Shown piece after piece: positions 12,001 through 18,656 of a DNA stretch of 64,000 nucleotides. The stretch's first letter is position 1. Each line of letters opens with the position of its first letter. The DNA comes from Verrucomicrobiota bacterium. Its GTDB lineage: Bacteria > Verrucomicrobiota > Verrucomicrobiia > Opitutales > Seribacteraceae. The stretch spans positions 1 to 64,000 of the forward strand of contig JAQBYT010000019.1 in assembly GCA_027622665.1 (NCBI GenBank), given 5' to 3'. Made by a program: the position numbers and the translations under genes. The notes under the pieces are model-generated. The model did no database searches. It was not told the DNA's origin and saw only the letters and a list, made by a program, of their open reading frames with translations.

Positions 12001-12661
12001 CGCCCGAACGGTCTCACAAACCTTTTCACTTGTAGTGGGCACAAGTAATGGAAGTCCCGTTATAATCGCCTCGCCTTCCACTAGAGCGGTACCTCTTGAA
12101 GAATATAGTTTTGACCTAAATGTTTTTGATCCCGAGGGCGACGTTGTTCTTATTTACGCCACCAATCTTCCCGGCTGGCTTAAATTAGAGCGTCACGGCA
12201 ATGGCACCGCAACTGTAAGCGGCGTCCCCACGAATGCAACAGGTGTCGTTGAACCAATTGAAATTATCGTTACTGACGGTAAGCACGAAACTCGTCTTTC
12301 CTTTTCCATTGAAATAGCCTCATCCTGGTGGGGGATATCTGAAAGTCTGGGTGCAGGTCAGTGGCGTAGAAACTGGTTCGGCACTTTCAGCCTTTCGGTG
12401 TCGTCTTGGGTTTATCACGAACATTTGGGCTGGGTTTTTGCCCAGGGCACCCAACCTGATTCGGTCTGGTTCTGGATTGAAGGACGGGGATGGTTCTGGA
12501 CGAGCGCCCAGCATTGGAACTCCGATACAGGTGATGGTCACGTCTATAGATCCGACGAAGCAGCGTGGTTATATCTTCGCTCTTACGATTCTCCTAGGAA
12601 CGCTAAACTCTATGGATACTCTACCGAAGAGTGGATGCCTCTTCTACTTGAGGAGAACTAA
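2..12661 (+). CDS. Giant repetitive surface protein/adhesin, 5'-truncated (>4200 aa): tandem cadherin-like/Big_9 and putative-Ig repeats, FG-GAP propeller, DUF5011-like Ig domain, two SBBP-like propellers, Trp-rich C-terminal domain
   Basis: Frame is open from nt 2 (ADVSGTAATPSTFTYAPNADFNGSDSF...), so GTG 128 is internal. Repeated 'PVIT...EDG...TFTYxPxxxFNGxDSFxVxVSDG' and 'PVF.S...Y.Y...D.DG...LPxWL...LSGTP' units; FG-GAP-like 'FGxSVxxxGxxxxVGA...GxAYV' at ~3300-4430; 'PVITLLG...EPGY..D..DGDIT' at ~8670; 'GxxDxFxxKxxxxGxxxW' repeats at ~8925-11755. Confidence 0.9.
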   Translation, partial: ADVSGTAATPSTFTYAPNADFNGSDSFVVQVTDGASLTDTITVNVTVSGVSDAPVITQGAGPLVVTMSEDGSPTAWSVPTLGATDAETADSALVWSVSSAATSGTATVSGTAAAPTTFTYAPNADFNGSDSFVVQVTDGASLTDTITVSVTVSGVNDVPVFISTAIDSAFADSVYTYNIRANDTDGNATLIISASGNPGWANFTYSGSGIATLTGTPSDSDVGSSNISLRATDSNSAADQNFTLVVAPSNYFPVIKVDNIYQNSTTVTMWEDNASSFSLTDLTASDSDDSNATLVWSVDTNASNGTAIVAGVGTTPSTVTFTPDPDFNGTDFFVLKVTDTRGGFDTLTVDLNVTGVGDSPVITQGAGPLSVTMSEDGSPTAWVAPTLGATDVDTVDSTLVWSVSSAASNGTATVTGTAAAPSTFTYDPNADFNGSDSFVVQVSDGALTDTITVNVTVTAVNDAPVITQGAGPLSVTMSEDGSPTAWVAPTLGATDVETADSALIWSVSSAATNGTATVTGTAAAPTTFTYAPNLDFNGSDSFVVQVSDGDLNDTITVNVTVSGVSDAPVITQGAGPLSVTMSEDGSPTGWSAPTIGATDAETADSSLEWSVSSPASNGTATVTGTAAAPSTFTYAPNADFNGSDSFEVQVSDGNETVTITVNVTVTGVDDPPVFTSTEVTSTWVGESYVYNVRASDPDGNATLTLTAQDKPAWLATFTDQDSGMALLSGTPEVEDIGEHNVSLRATDTNGTYADQNFTLVVTPANYPPVIEVNGTEVSSMLVSMQEDNASTFSLTDLNASDQDDSNATLVWSVQTIAFNGTATVDGTGPNPTSITYVPEGNFSGSDVFVIKVTDAKGGIDTIEVNVTVNGVNDLPVLSVSEDINVTMDEGGYPIAWVSPELNATDVDVGDVLTWSAFYVIPADGNGTLTVSGTGSSPSVFSYSPNLDFNGTDVFYVRVSDGIENIDTKVTVTVIGNEEGSTVYSLTAPVTYTIDRTSLDFLVTGGVHLASPSPRLALFTDNVYVFENNSTSGGPLYLGTSPGTPYIGGEVWGNGARGEDEYLVFRPTSVSPPLLYYYDGDDPNNIFAPIEVRQYQTSDVFAEDPLPDNAFGGAVSVLGDRAILGATGVSDNTGAVYLYDRDSNGTLVQSSKVTPVDLNSNSLFGGSVALGDDFLVAGAPNDLGAAGSAYVYNLEANGSWMQSQKLLLTTPVTLLDAFGQAVAVSGDALVVTATQPGQLGNEGNGSAYVFRLTNGNWISDGNLTASDGNSSDQFGYSVDLDVNLTVVGANKADATGSDSGTAYVFHYEANGSWSQEQKLSPLVHTTGDEFGTSVSILGSVALVGAINADGNGTDSGAAYVFRRDFSGGWTQEALLAPPVEGIVGFGSSVALSGNYALVDSRDKNVTSEPASAYLYRNEVNSTTWTFVSTLGRAQGVALATQGTTVAMSGDMILAGSPGDDRNGSDAGSATFFTNPGWGDFTYPMLAPIITQGTNLSVSMNEDGAWPVPELNASDPFGDTLVWSVDANATHGLATVSGTGDSPSTFSYVPEGNYSGTDTFVVQVSDGVLSDLITVDVNVTAQPDFPVFVSIAVEDVVEKSPYSYNVVTLDQDPGATLSITAVGSLPAWMTGITDQGDGTATLSGLPTVGDGNDTYPVTLRVTDDTNRSTDQNLDIRVAFINYAPIITVGGNEGSEITATVDEDDGSSFVLSLNVSATDGTPPSVNLSWSVDANETNGTALVTGNGSIPTVTYTPFPDFNGPDSFSMVVSDGEFNDTITVNVTVQAINDPPIFTSSPSVTNVNESTTYTYSVQVSDVDGDDITIAATGLPSWLAFNDFGDGTATLSGTPEWYNYASFAVFLIATDSSGSIAVQDFVVSVIPDNYPPVITQGAELSAVIMDEDGSPAPWVVPTITATDSDTNVSKLVWTIKQQAIHGTAVVGGTGGSPSTFTYAPDGNFSGQDSFVVSVHDVDDSNASDEIIVPVTVNPRDDPPVFTSTAPAFGLKDSLYTYTVQASDPDGLSGLQVTGSFPSWLFLADYGEGNATLSGTHFSADDNVTVTLQVTDPTGLIDTQTFSINVIGENSPPVVTQGSAVDVLMDEDGSPTAWQPPVLTATDADGHPLHWSLSEAPSHGSATVSGTGSSPPTFNYVPDGNYSGTDSFVVQVTDSIATVKVTVQVTIEPQPDAPVFVSTPDLSVVDGEIYTYELNATDADGDVNFTFIPSSLPAWLSLVEENGKSILTGVPSVGDEGFNSVQVAVKDDSNLSTVQAFEVEVDVLNYPPSITVNGQDQNSITVTIDEDANESIWSLLAPELNATDQETNALAWSISSFSIHGTVTITGTGNAPGSLVYIPEANFFGSDQFIVRVTDLGANEKPAKFDEITINVTVQPLADDPSFFSTAITEITDEEDYVYNISTTDPDGNDTLTLSYNGTLPGWLTDFRDEGNGTAVLRGRAAVGDEEASSGNPYSISLAVTDDSNVSVDQNFTINVTIQNYPPVIANAPFSVTMSEDGNSTAWEFPLVTAMDPDPEVLGAIELTWSLVAQSAHGIAEVSGTGTTLGDGNDTFTYVPDENYFGTDSFIVRVSDGHRFADTNVSVTVSPRPDPPAFVSVPVAYARAGQEYRYDVSVVDPDGGNLSLRVFGKPDWMHLVETNSSDGHASIFGTPLENIVGRFYPISLVAIDPTGRLAFQSFTLEVGPGNVPPVIAQGEQLSGSIYEDNASSWSPPDLNASNSDGDTLVWNLVQGPSHGTATVEGNGSKPTTFDYIADANYSGPDSFVIRVWDGYAEFNATVTVTVYPVNDPPELYGTPVLSAVEGKLYSFDLNATDIDGDALTFTFTGSPSWLAFQYLGGGLVRVSGIPPIGSRGESNMTFTATDEGNATAEISFDLAVSDGLPPVITLLGDSLLQLPVGEDFIEPGYVGSDDSDGDITDSVVISSTVNPDIPGTYAITYSLSDMAGNDAAPLTRVVYVSDPSVYPVALWAKSVSVNAEIHNIALGSDDSVFSVGSFSDSLQLGQATIHSQGLSDIFLSRRSSDGSPLWIIGFGGIDSDNGTDVVIGLDDTAYVTGSFRGVISFGEHSLISEGGSDAFLLKVDFQGSVIWAKSLGGPGDDNGLSLSVSSDGSVLWTGFHSSNSTADSTALKDFGGLDTFLAKVGVDGSYTWVRSVGGPGDDSGEGVVVDPAGGSYVVGNVSNQSPSDVFLLRYNADGYLVWARKVGGASSDTATSIVADSSGVYIAGSFEGMATFEDASITSAGLSDAYLAKYSPSGSLVWVERFGGTGADDSDQIDLDPFGNPCLLGSFEGSMSFGDQVLVSEGSRDLFLAKTAATSGKLIWSRSIGGGTLDSAHGLSSGSDGSLYLASHYLGSSLTIDTHVLSTTGSHGFSVLKLGAPHGLPNSSLPEIGTLVTGQSFGFDMNATSNSGILPRFQFISGPSWMNLQDRGNGSALLAGIPPAGSSGSYNAKIRTTDMQGGTVDKSLEFDVFKSLSEPNGFGDEPETLWMQPGQGGEFANGVAASGDGGFFVVGAFTGSTQIGGAILTAEGRTDSFVAKFDSAGKLEWADRFGGLDQDYAYAVDVDLNGVAYVAGYFMGTATFGSHVLTSSGGYDIYLLRIEPDGQVTWALSFGGSSEDYGKAVHAAPNGSVYLAGHFSDFATFGNSFLNSNGGEDGFVAKINGSNGTLEWVKNMGGQNSDRALDLSEDGKNGVAVAGRFESVATFGGHSVTSLGFGDAFLAHYDASGSCLFAVRAGGVGEDEGRAVVRSSTGSYLFGGNFRNSSTFGGHAIVSRGGSDAFLAWITPDGSFTSVTSLGGVWSDEVTDLALDVSGKPIVAGSFRGSVVFGSNTFSSRGDSDVFIAKLSDTNSSVMWVKTGGGVGADAARAVAVDSLFDRICLAGYVSPDATFDNRAASPDTTRRSLLIADLGYPSVDDTRFRSYPLRFATGGALYRYDFESGPWGTGVPAVSAIQLPPWLSLQDHGEGNGSISGVVPSDANGTYSITLVASDESARTVSQTFSLVVGTSNGSPVIIASPSTRAVPLEEYSFDLNVFDPEGDVVLIYATNLPGWLKLERHGNGTATVSGVPTNATGVVEPIEIIVTDGKHETRLSFSIEIASSWWGISESLGAGQWRRNWFGTFSLSVSSWVYHEHLGWVFAQGTQPDSVWFWIEGRGWFWTSAQHWNSDTGDGHVYRSDEAAWLYLRSYDSPRNAKLYGYSTEEWMPLLLEEN
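1082..2010 (+). repeat. Three tandem 312-bp (104-aa) coding repeats; further related copies at ~1-470
   Basis: 'gtgatcac(g/t)cagggagc(g/c)ggtcc' recurs at 1082, 1394 and 1706, with a related copy at 164. Confidence 0.9.
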
Positions 12662-12759
12662 CGGGGTCTCATGGAAACTGGACTTTCTTGTCGAGGAGTA
12701 ATTAAAACCAGTATCACGACCTCGCCCGCCATCGTCAAAATTGTTGCGTCAGTTTCTCC

Positions 12760-12861
12760 TCAATTGCTCAATACTTGTACGACAAGTACCAAAATGGTGG
12801 CGACTAGAAGTATGATTGATAGCGTGACGCGATCTTTGTGGGTAGTCCTAAAAGGAGCCAT
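12760..12861 (-). CDS. Possible 33-aa single-pass membrane protein (below the ORF-track cut-off)
   Basis: ATG lies 2 nt after the dxs stop; MAPFRTTHKDRVTLSIILLVATILVLVVQVLSN has a basic N-terminus and a hydrophobic helix. Confidence 0.3.
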   Translation of the reverse strand: MAPFRTTHKDRVTLSIILLVATILVLVVQVLSN

Positions 12862-12863
12862 TT

Positions 12864-14789
12864 TTAATCATACATGGCTAAGGCGGGTTCTGCTTTCCCG
12901 TCAATTTTGAACCGAGATAGAATTCTTCGATACACCTCTTCTTTCCCCAAACCGTTTGCTTTTCTTAGGTCGGAAACGGAGTCGGCATGATCTATGAATG
13001 CATCTGGCCATCCGATGCGAGTCACAGGTATGTGCAGATCCTTGGTCTCCAATAGTTCCAGTACCGCCGATCCGAATCCACCTGAAAGGACATGGTCTTC
13101 CAGGGTGACGAGGCATTCGGAAGTCTGGGCGTGTTTGATCAACAGCTTTTCGTCCAATGGTTTCGCGAATCGGGCATTCACTACGCAGGCTTCCAATCCT
13201 TCTTCATCCGAGAGGCGTGCGGCAATATCCAAAGCTTCCTTGACGAAAGGTCCGAGCGCCCAGATGGCAAAGTCTTTTCCTTCACGAAGCACTTCCGCTT
13301 TGCCCACGGGAATGGGGGCGGGGATTTCTTTTAACGAGACACCTTCACCGGCGCCTCTCGGGTAACGTACAAAGGAAGGTCCGTCCAGAGCAAGGCCCGT
13401 AGCTATCATGTCTTGCAACTCGTCTTCATCCTTTGGCTGCATGACAACTGCGTTAGGTACGCAGCGAAGGTAGGCGATGTCGAAAAGACCATGGTGAGTT
13501 GGCCCATCATTGGGAGACAGCCCGGCTCTATCCATACAGAAGAGGACGGGGAGTTTTTGGAGACAGACGTCGTGAATAATTGGATCGTATGCGCGTTGGA
13601 GGAAAGTCGAATAGATGGCACAGACCGGTCTCATCCCTTTGGTCGCCATTCCCGCGGCGAAAAGTACGGCGTGGTTTTCCGCAATGCCAACATCGAAAAA
13701 GCGATCGGGAATGGCTTGTTGCAAGGCGTTCAGCCCCGTCCCACTAGGCATTGCGGCCGTTATGCCCACGATTCGTTTGTCTTCCGTTGCGAGGCGCGCG
13801 AGGCATTGGCCAAAGACATCTTGATATTTCGGAGGAGATCCCGGGGCTGTTGGCTTGGATAGACCGTTAATGGGATCGAATGGACCAGATCCATGCCACT
13901 TTTCAGGCTCTTCCAATGCTACGGGAAAGCCTTTCCCTTTCTGGGTGAGAAGGTGTAGCACCACGGGTTCATCCGATTCCTTGGCAAATTCGAAAAAGTG
14001 AACGAGGCTTTTGACGTCGTGTCCATCGATCGGGCCGATGTAACGAATGCCGAGCTTTTCAAAGATGCTGGAAGGGGCTAGAAGCTCTTTGGTGTCGCGT
14101 TTTGCTTTGGATGCCAGACGGATCAGGGAACGACCGCCGGGGAACTGATTGAGGAACGATTCCGCGTCCTTGTGCAGGCGGGTATAAACTGGATTGGTAA
14201 TCAGCTCGTTGAAATAGCGAGCCATAGCCCCTACGTTTTTTGCGATAGACCATTCGTTGTCGTTCAGGACGAGAATGAACCGTTTGGTGGACTCGGCAAT
14301 GTTGTTGAGAGCTTCCAAGGTTATGCCGCAAGTGAAAGCCGCATCCCCTGCGATGGCCACGACATGTTCGTCATCGCCATTCAGGTCTCGAGCCACGGCC
14401 ATGCCCAGTGCGGCCGAGAGACAGGTGCCCGCATGTCCTGCACCGTAAGAATCGTGCTCACTTTCTTCGCGAGTGAGGAAACCACTGAGACCGTCTGTTT
14501 TTCGGATTTTGTCAAATCTCTCGTCGTTGCGTCCAGTTAACAGTTTGTGGACGTAACCTTGGTGGGCAACATCCCAGACAAAACTGTCTTTGGGGGAATC
14601 GAAGGCGAGGTGCAGGGCAATAGTCAATTCCACTACGCCCAGATTCGGGCCTACGTGTCCTCCATTTGTGGAGGTGGCGGAAATAATTCGAGCACGGATT
14701 TCCTCGGCTAATGTGTCAATTTCCTCATCGGAAAGATTCCGGAGATCTTTCGGATCGGTAATAGTTGAAAGTACAGAGGAATTACTCAT
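12864..14789 (-). CDS. dxs: 1-deoxy-D-xylulose-5-phosphate synthase
   Basis: GGHVGPNLGVVELT, WDVAHQGYVHK, GDAAFTCG...LNDN (TPP-binding), DVGIAENHA, YSTFLQRAYD, DGPTHHG. Start moved to ATG 14789 (MSNSSVL), which overlaps the xseB stop. Confidence 0.97.
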   Translation of the reverse strand: MSNSSVLSTITDPKDLRNLSDEEIDTLAEEIRARIISATSTNGGHVGPNLGVVELTIALHLAFDSPKDSFVWDVAHQGYVHKLLTGRNDERFDKIRKTDGLSGFLTREESEHDSYGAGHAGTCLSAALGMAVARDLNGDDEHVVAIAGDAAFTCGITLEALNNIAESTKRFILVLNDNEWSIAKNVGAMARYFNELITNPVYTRLHKDAESFLNQFPGGRSLIRLASKAKRDTKELLAPSSIFEKLGIRYIGPIDGHDVKSLVHFFEFAKESDEPVVLHLLTQKGKGFPVALEEPEKWHGSGPFDPINGLSKPTAPGSPPKYQDVFGQCLARLATEDKRIVGITAAMPSGTGLNALQQAIPDRFFDVGIAENHAVLFAAGMATKGMRPVCAIYSTFLQRAYDPIIHDVCLQKLPVLFCMDRAGLSPNDGPTHHGLFDIAYLRCVPNAVVMQPKDEDELQDMIATGLALDGPSFVRYPRGAGEGVSLKEIPAPIPVGKAEVLREGKDFAIWALGPFVKEALDIAARLSDEEGLEACVVNARFAKPLDEKLLIKHAQTSECLVTLEDHVLSGGFGSAVLELLETKDLHIPVTRIGWPDAFIDHADSVSDLRKANGLGKEEVYRRILSRFKIDGKAEPALAMYD

Positions 14790-15042
14790 TCGTGTCTTGC
14801 CCCATTGGTTCGGCAACCATTTGACCGTCTTTTTCTCGGACTTCTTTAATTTTAAGCTCGGCCAGTTCAAGACGTTTACGACAATTCTTGAGCAACTTGG
14901 CACCCTCTTCATAACGGTCGACGAGTTCAGCTAGTGGGGCACTGCCACTTTCCATCGATTCGACCAATTCATCCAGTCGTTTCATGGCTTCTTCGAAACC
15001 AAGTTCATCTTCTGCCAGTTCCTTTGTTCCAGTGTCATTCAT
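14782..15042 (-). CDS. xseB: Exodeoxyribonuclease VII small subunit
   Basis: FEEAMKRLDELVESMESG..PLAELVDRYEEGAKLLKNCRKRLELAE; classic xseB-dxs adjacency. Confidence 0.95.
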   Translation of the reverse strand: MNDTGTKELAEDELGFEEAMKRLDELVESMESGSAPLAELVDRYEEGAKLLKNCRKRLELAELKIKEVREKDGQMVAEPMGQDTNE

Positions 15043-15170
15043 GTAGCTAAATAATTTCTTACCTTTCGTAGGGAACCATATTCTGATCGCCTATGTAGTT
15101 TCGGGCAATGCTTTTCGCCTCCTGTTTTCCATCGACTAAATGCCGGTCGGAGGTTAGTTTCAATCAGCTT

Positions 15171-16427
15171 ATGATTAGCGCCTTATCAGTTATTCTTTTG
15201 TTTCTAGGTCTTCGGACGATAGCGGAGACGTTTCTAAATCTGCTCAATGCCAATCACGTGTCCAAGCTTCGAGGTTCCCTGCCCGAATGCCTGGAGGGAA
15301 TAAGTGACCAGAAGACTTGGCACCGCACAACCGAGTACTCGCTCACCAAAAGTCGCTTGGGATTATGGGAAGAATGGTATGGTGCCCTCGTGTTCGCTTT
15401 GGTCGTGGCTTTCTTTCTGCCGTGGGCCTACGATGTTTTTGGTGGAGCAGGAGCTGTCGGCCCTTGGCGAGAGGCTTTGGCCGTGTCGGTCATCCTTGTA
15501 TTACTTCAAGTTCCTGAACTGCCTTTCGAATGGTATAGTCAGTTTCGTGTGGAGGAACGCTTCGGATTCAACAAGTCCACGATTGGGCTGTGGGTGAAGG
15601 ATAAGCTGAAAGGAGTCTTGCTGGGGTTCGGGCTCATATACTTGTTGGTGGGAATACTGCTCTTGATTCATCGAGAGTTGAGCCAAGTCTTTGAGCATTC
15701 TTGGTGGCTTTGGGGATTTGGTGCGTTTTTTGGATTCCAACTTCTTCTTTTCGCTCTTTGGCCTATGTTTATTCTTCCGCTTTTTAATAAACTGGAACCT
15801 TTGGAAGACGGGGATTTAAAGGATCGCCTGATAGCTTTGGCGGATAAGGCTGGTTTTCGGGCTAAGACGATAGAGGTGATGGACGGGAGCAAGCGTTCCG
15901 GCCATTCTAATGCCTTTTTTACCGGTTTCGGTAGGTTTCGTCGCATCGTTTTGTATGATACCTTGATTGAGCAAATGAATACCGAGGAACTGGAAGCCGT
16001 TCTTGCTCACGAAATCGGGCATTACAAATGTGGTCATGTTCCCAAGCGACTCGCCGTGTCCGCTCTGTTTGGCCTTGCCGGTTTTTGGTTTGTCGCATTT
16101 CTGACCGAAGCACCTTGGCTTTTCGAGGATTTAGGCTTCAATGCGAACACGCTGGGCCGACTCGGACCTGTATTTCTCGTGCTTTCGGTTGCTTCGGGCG
16201 TTTTTACCTTTTGGTTCGCTCCCTTGAGCAACTTTCTCTCCCGCAAGCACGAATATGAAGCTGATGCCTTTGCGCGTTCCGCGATTGGCGGACCGGATTA
16301 CCTTGTCAGCGCCCTTCGCAAGCTACATGTGGAAAATCTTTCCAACCCGATGCCGCATCCTCTGTTTGCCGCTATTTATCACTCTCATCCCACATTGCCG
16401 GAACGCGAAGGTGCTCTTCGCTCGTAG
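15171..16427 (+). CDS. M48 family (Ste24-like) membrane zinc metalloprotease
   Basis: EERFGFNK, DGSKRSGHSNAFFTG, HEIGH (HEXXH), EYEAD, HSHP; several TM helices; start at ATG 15171. Confidence 0.93.
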   Translation: MISALSVILLFLGLRTIAETFLNLLNANHVSKLRGSLPECLEGISDQKTWHRTTEYSLTKSRLGLWEEWYGALVFALVVAFFLPWAYDVFGGAGAVGPWREALAVSVILVLLQVPELPFEWYSQFRVEERFGFNKSTIGLWVKDKLKGVLLGFGLIYLLVGILLLIHRELSQVFEHSWWLWGFGAFFGFQLLLFALWPMFILPLFNKLEPLEDGDLKDRLIALADKAGFRAKTIEVMDGSKRSGHSNAFFTGFGRFRRIVLYDTLIEQMNTEELEAVLAHEIGHYKCGHVPKRLAVSALFGLAGFWFVAFLTEAPWLFEDLGFNANTLGRLGPVFLVLSVASGVFTFWFAPLSNFLSRKHEYEADAFARSAIGGPDYLVSALRKLHVENLSNPMPHPLFAAIYHSHPTLPEREGALRS

Positions 16428-16494
16428 AGATAACCTTGGTTGACGACATATTTCCCATTGTGCCGGGAGGTTTTACTATTTAATTTACCGACAT

Positions 16495-17496
16495 ATGAAG
16501 CTTCTGGGATTTCCGGTTTTACTGACCTTGGCATTTTGCCCACTTCCTGCTTTTTCAGAAAAAGCGGTGGATGCTTCGTTAATGGTATTGGGCGAGGATC
16601 GACTTTGGTATTTCGATCTCCGGCGCAAACCCTTCACCGGAAAAGCTGAATCATTCCACGAAAACGAAAAGAAAAAGTTTACTGCAAATTACGTGGCCGG
16701 TGTTTTCGATGGCGAAGTGTTGGGTTGGTTTGCCGATGAGAAGCCCGCCAGCAAACAAACATTCGCCAAAGGTAAACCGATTGGTCTGTCCCAATTATGG
16801 TATTCGAATGGGGAGTTGCGAAAAAAAGCGACCTTCAAGGACGGTTCATTAGTGGGAGATGCCTCGGAGTGGTATGAAAACGGAAAGCTAAAGGAACAAG
16901 TCACTTTTATCGAAGGAAAGAGAACCGGCGATTACAAGGCATGGTTCGAAGATGGGGTAATACGATCGGAGTGCGGATTCAGGCAGGATCGCAAGCATGG
17001 TCCCGAAGTGGAGCGTTCAGTTGACGGATCAACTTTGCGTAAGGCGACCTACGAAGACGGGCGCCTTCAAGGTGAATTGAATGAATTTTATCCCGACGGA
17101 AAAAAACGCATATTGGAAAACTACAAGGATGGCGTTAAACATGGCCCCGTTCGCGAATGGTGGGCCCATGGGAAAATAAAACTAGAGGCGACGTATGTGG
17201 ACGGCAGGCATGAAGGCATTCATGTGGCGTGGCGAGAGGATGGTTCAAAACGAGCCGAGGGCATTTATGCGGATGGGAAACTAAATGGATTGCTTCGCGA
17301 GTGGAATTCGGACGGGAAGCTCATCTACAAGGCTAGCTTTATGGATCATAAACTTCACGGAGAATATTTTCGCTGGAACGAAAAAGGTGATCTTGTCGTC
17401 CGAAAAGTTTTTGAAAAAGGGAGAGAAATGGCTCGAGAGTTTGGGCCTGGGGCGACCGAAGACCTGAAAAAGGGAGAAAGCGCTCCCAAGGATTGA
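16495..17496 (+). CDS. Exported MORN-variant repeat protein (YwqK-like repeats)
   Basis: N-terminal signal peptide; repeated 'G..xG...xWY.NG.....xxY/F' units. Confidence 0.8.
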   Translation: MKLLGFPVLLTLAFCPLPAFSEKAVDASLMVLGEDRLWYFDLRRKPFTGKAESFHENEKKKFTANYVAGVFDGEVLGWFADEKPASKQTFAKGKPIGLSQLWYSNGELRKKATFKDGSLVGDASEWYENGKLKEQVTFIEGKRTGDYKAWFEDGVIRSECGFRQDRKHGPEVERSVDGSTLRKATYEDGRLQGELNEFYPDGKKRILENYKDGVKHGPVREWWAHGKIKLEATYVDGRHEGIHVAWREDGSKRAEGIYADGKLNGLLREWNSDGKLIYKASFMDHKLHGEYFRWNEKGDLVVRKVFEKGREMAREFGPGATEDLKKGESAPKD

Positions 17497-17498
17497 AT

Positions 17499-17960
17499 TT
17501 ACTTCGAATGTATTTCTCGGTTCTTTGCTCTAACCAGCTTTGAATGTGCCAACAATCCTATTGAGACCCCCAATATATTCATAATCAGATCTCCCGCCGA
17601 GGGAAAGCGTTTTGGCACGAAGTATTGCCCCATTTCATTTAGGACGGCATAGGTGAATGAAATCCAAGCGGCCGCGACTGCCCACTGCCTCCCCGTCTTC
17701 GGTCCCCCAAAGTACCAAGACCATAGCCACGCGAATACGGCAAAGAGGGGAAGGTGGCTCAAGTCTTGTGCCCAGTAGGGATAGCCGAAGAGATCTTCGG
17801 CAAACCTTGCCAAGAACTCCGGTCCATCCGCTTCGCGAATGAAGTCGGGTTTGGGGATTCCCGTAAGGAGTTGAAGGAAAAGCAAGTATCCTATGGGCAG
17901 TGCTATCCATATGCGCTTTAGGGGTTTCCTTGACCAGAACTCTAGAGAATTTCGTACCAT
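17499..17960 (-). CDS. VanZ-like membrane protein
   Basis: DLSHLPLFAVF...YAVLNEMGQYFVPKRFPSAGDLIMNILG matches the VanZ-family pattern. Confidence 0.8.
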   Translation of the reverse strand: MVRNSLEFWSRKPLKRIWIALPIGYLLFLQLLTGIPKPDFIREADGPEFLARFAEDLFGYPYWAQDLSHLPLFAVFAWLWSWYFGGPKTGRQWAVAAAWISFTYAVLNEMGQYFVPKRFPSAGDLIMNILGVSIGLLAHSKLVRAKNREIHSK

Positions 17961-18068
17961 CGGATTGCCATTTCGCTTAAACTTTGTTCCAAGGCAATCA
18001 GATATCGAGTCTTGGGCTTGATTCCTTGGGCAGTCATCCTTAGTGAAAGACCTTATATAGTAAACATT

Positions 18069-18656
18069 ATGCCAATCTACGAATTCTATTCTCCCGATTC
18101 GCGAAAAATCTATTCATTTCTCGCTCGTTCCCTATCTTGCGCTGAAGAGGTGCCTCTTTGCCCTGACGGAAAAAAATACCTTATGCGCAAAGTGATTTCA
18201 GGTTTTTCCATTACCGGGAAACGGGAGGAAACCGAGGAACTGCCTCAGATTCCGAATGATCCGGACGATCCCTTTGCCGGGATGGACGAATCCAAAGCGC
18301 AAGCGGCTATGCAAGAATTGGAAGGGGCTATCGAGGGTATGGATGAAGATAATCCCGATCCTCGCCAAATGGGGCAACTCATGCGCCGCATGTGCGATTT
18401 GACTGGCGAGAATATGGACGACCCGATGGAGGAAGTGGTTCGCAAGTTGGAGGAAGGCATGGATCCCGACGAATTGGAGGATCGGATGGGTGATGCCTTC
18501 GGTGACGATGCCGCAGAAGGTGGGATGCCGGGAGCTAGTCCGGATGCAGGAGAGGGTGATGAATCCGGAGCAAAGTCTAAACTTCGAAGGCTTATGCGTC
18601 GCCCGCTAGTTCGTGATCCTGAACTTTATGAGTTTTCCGACTACTTGGCTAAATGA
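18069..18656 (+). CDS. FmdB-like zinc-ribbon-type protein with acidic C-terminal region
   Basis: Starts MPIYEF (ATG 18069); CPDG; Met/Asp/Glu-rich 'DPRQMGQLMRRM...EEGMDPDELE'. Confidence 0.75.
   Translation: MPIYEFYSPDSRKIYSFLARSLSCAEEVPLCPDGKKYLMRKVISGFSITGKREETEELPQIPNDPDDPFAGMDESKAQAAMQELEGAIEGMDEDNPDPRQMGQLMRRMCDLTGENMDDPMEEVVRKLEEGMDPDELEDRMGDAFGDDAAEGGMPGASPDAGEGDESGAKSKLRRLMRRPLVRDPELYEFSDYLAK

Noticed and set aside
88..12541. Many 60-200 aa ORFs antisense or out of frame within the giant gene, some themselves repetitive
   Set aside because: Shadows of the repetitive coding strand; no independent motifs
12671..12910. 79-aa plus-strand ORF after the giant gene
   Set aside because: Overlaps the dxs 3' end on the opposite strand and has no recognisable features
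14790..14912. 41-aa N-terminal extension of dxs in the ORF track (similarly the long starts given for flgB, fliH, fliN, flgN, the M48 protease and the FmdB-like gene)
   Set aside because: The extensions overlap upstream genes or promoters, or precede the conserved family start; downstream starts fit better
16495..17496. YwqK-type antitoxin of a toxin-antitoxin pair
   Set aside because: Only generic MORN-variant repeats with a signal peptide; no adjacent toxin gene
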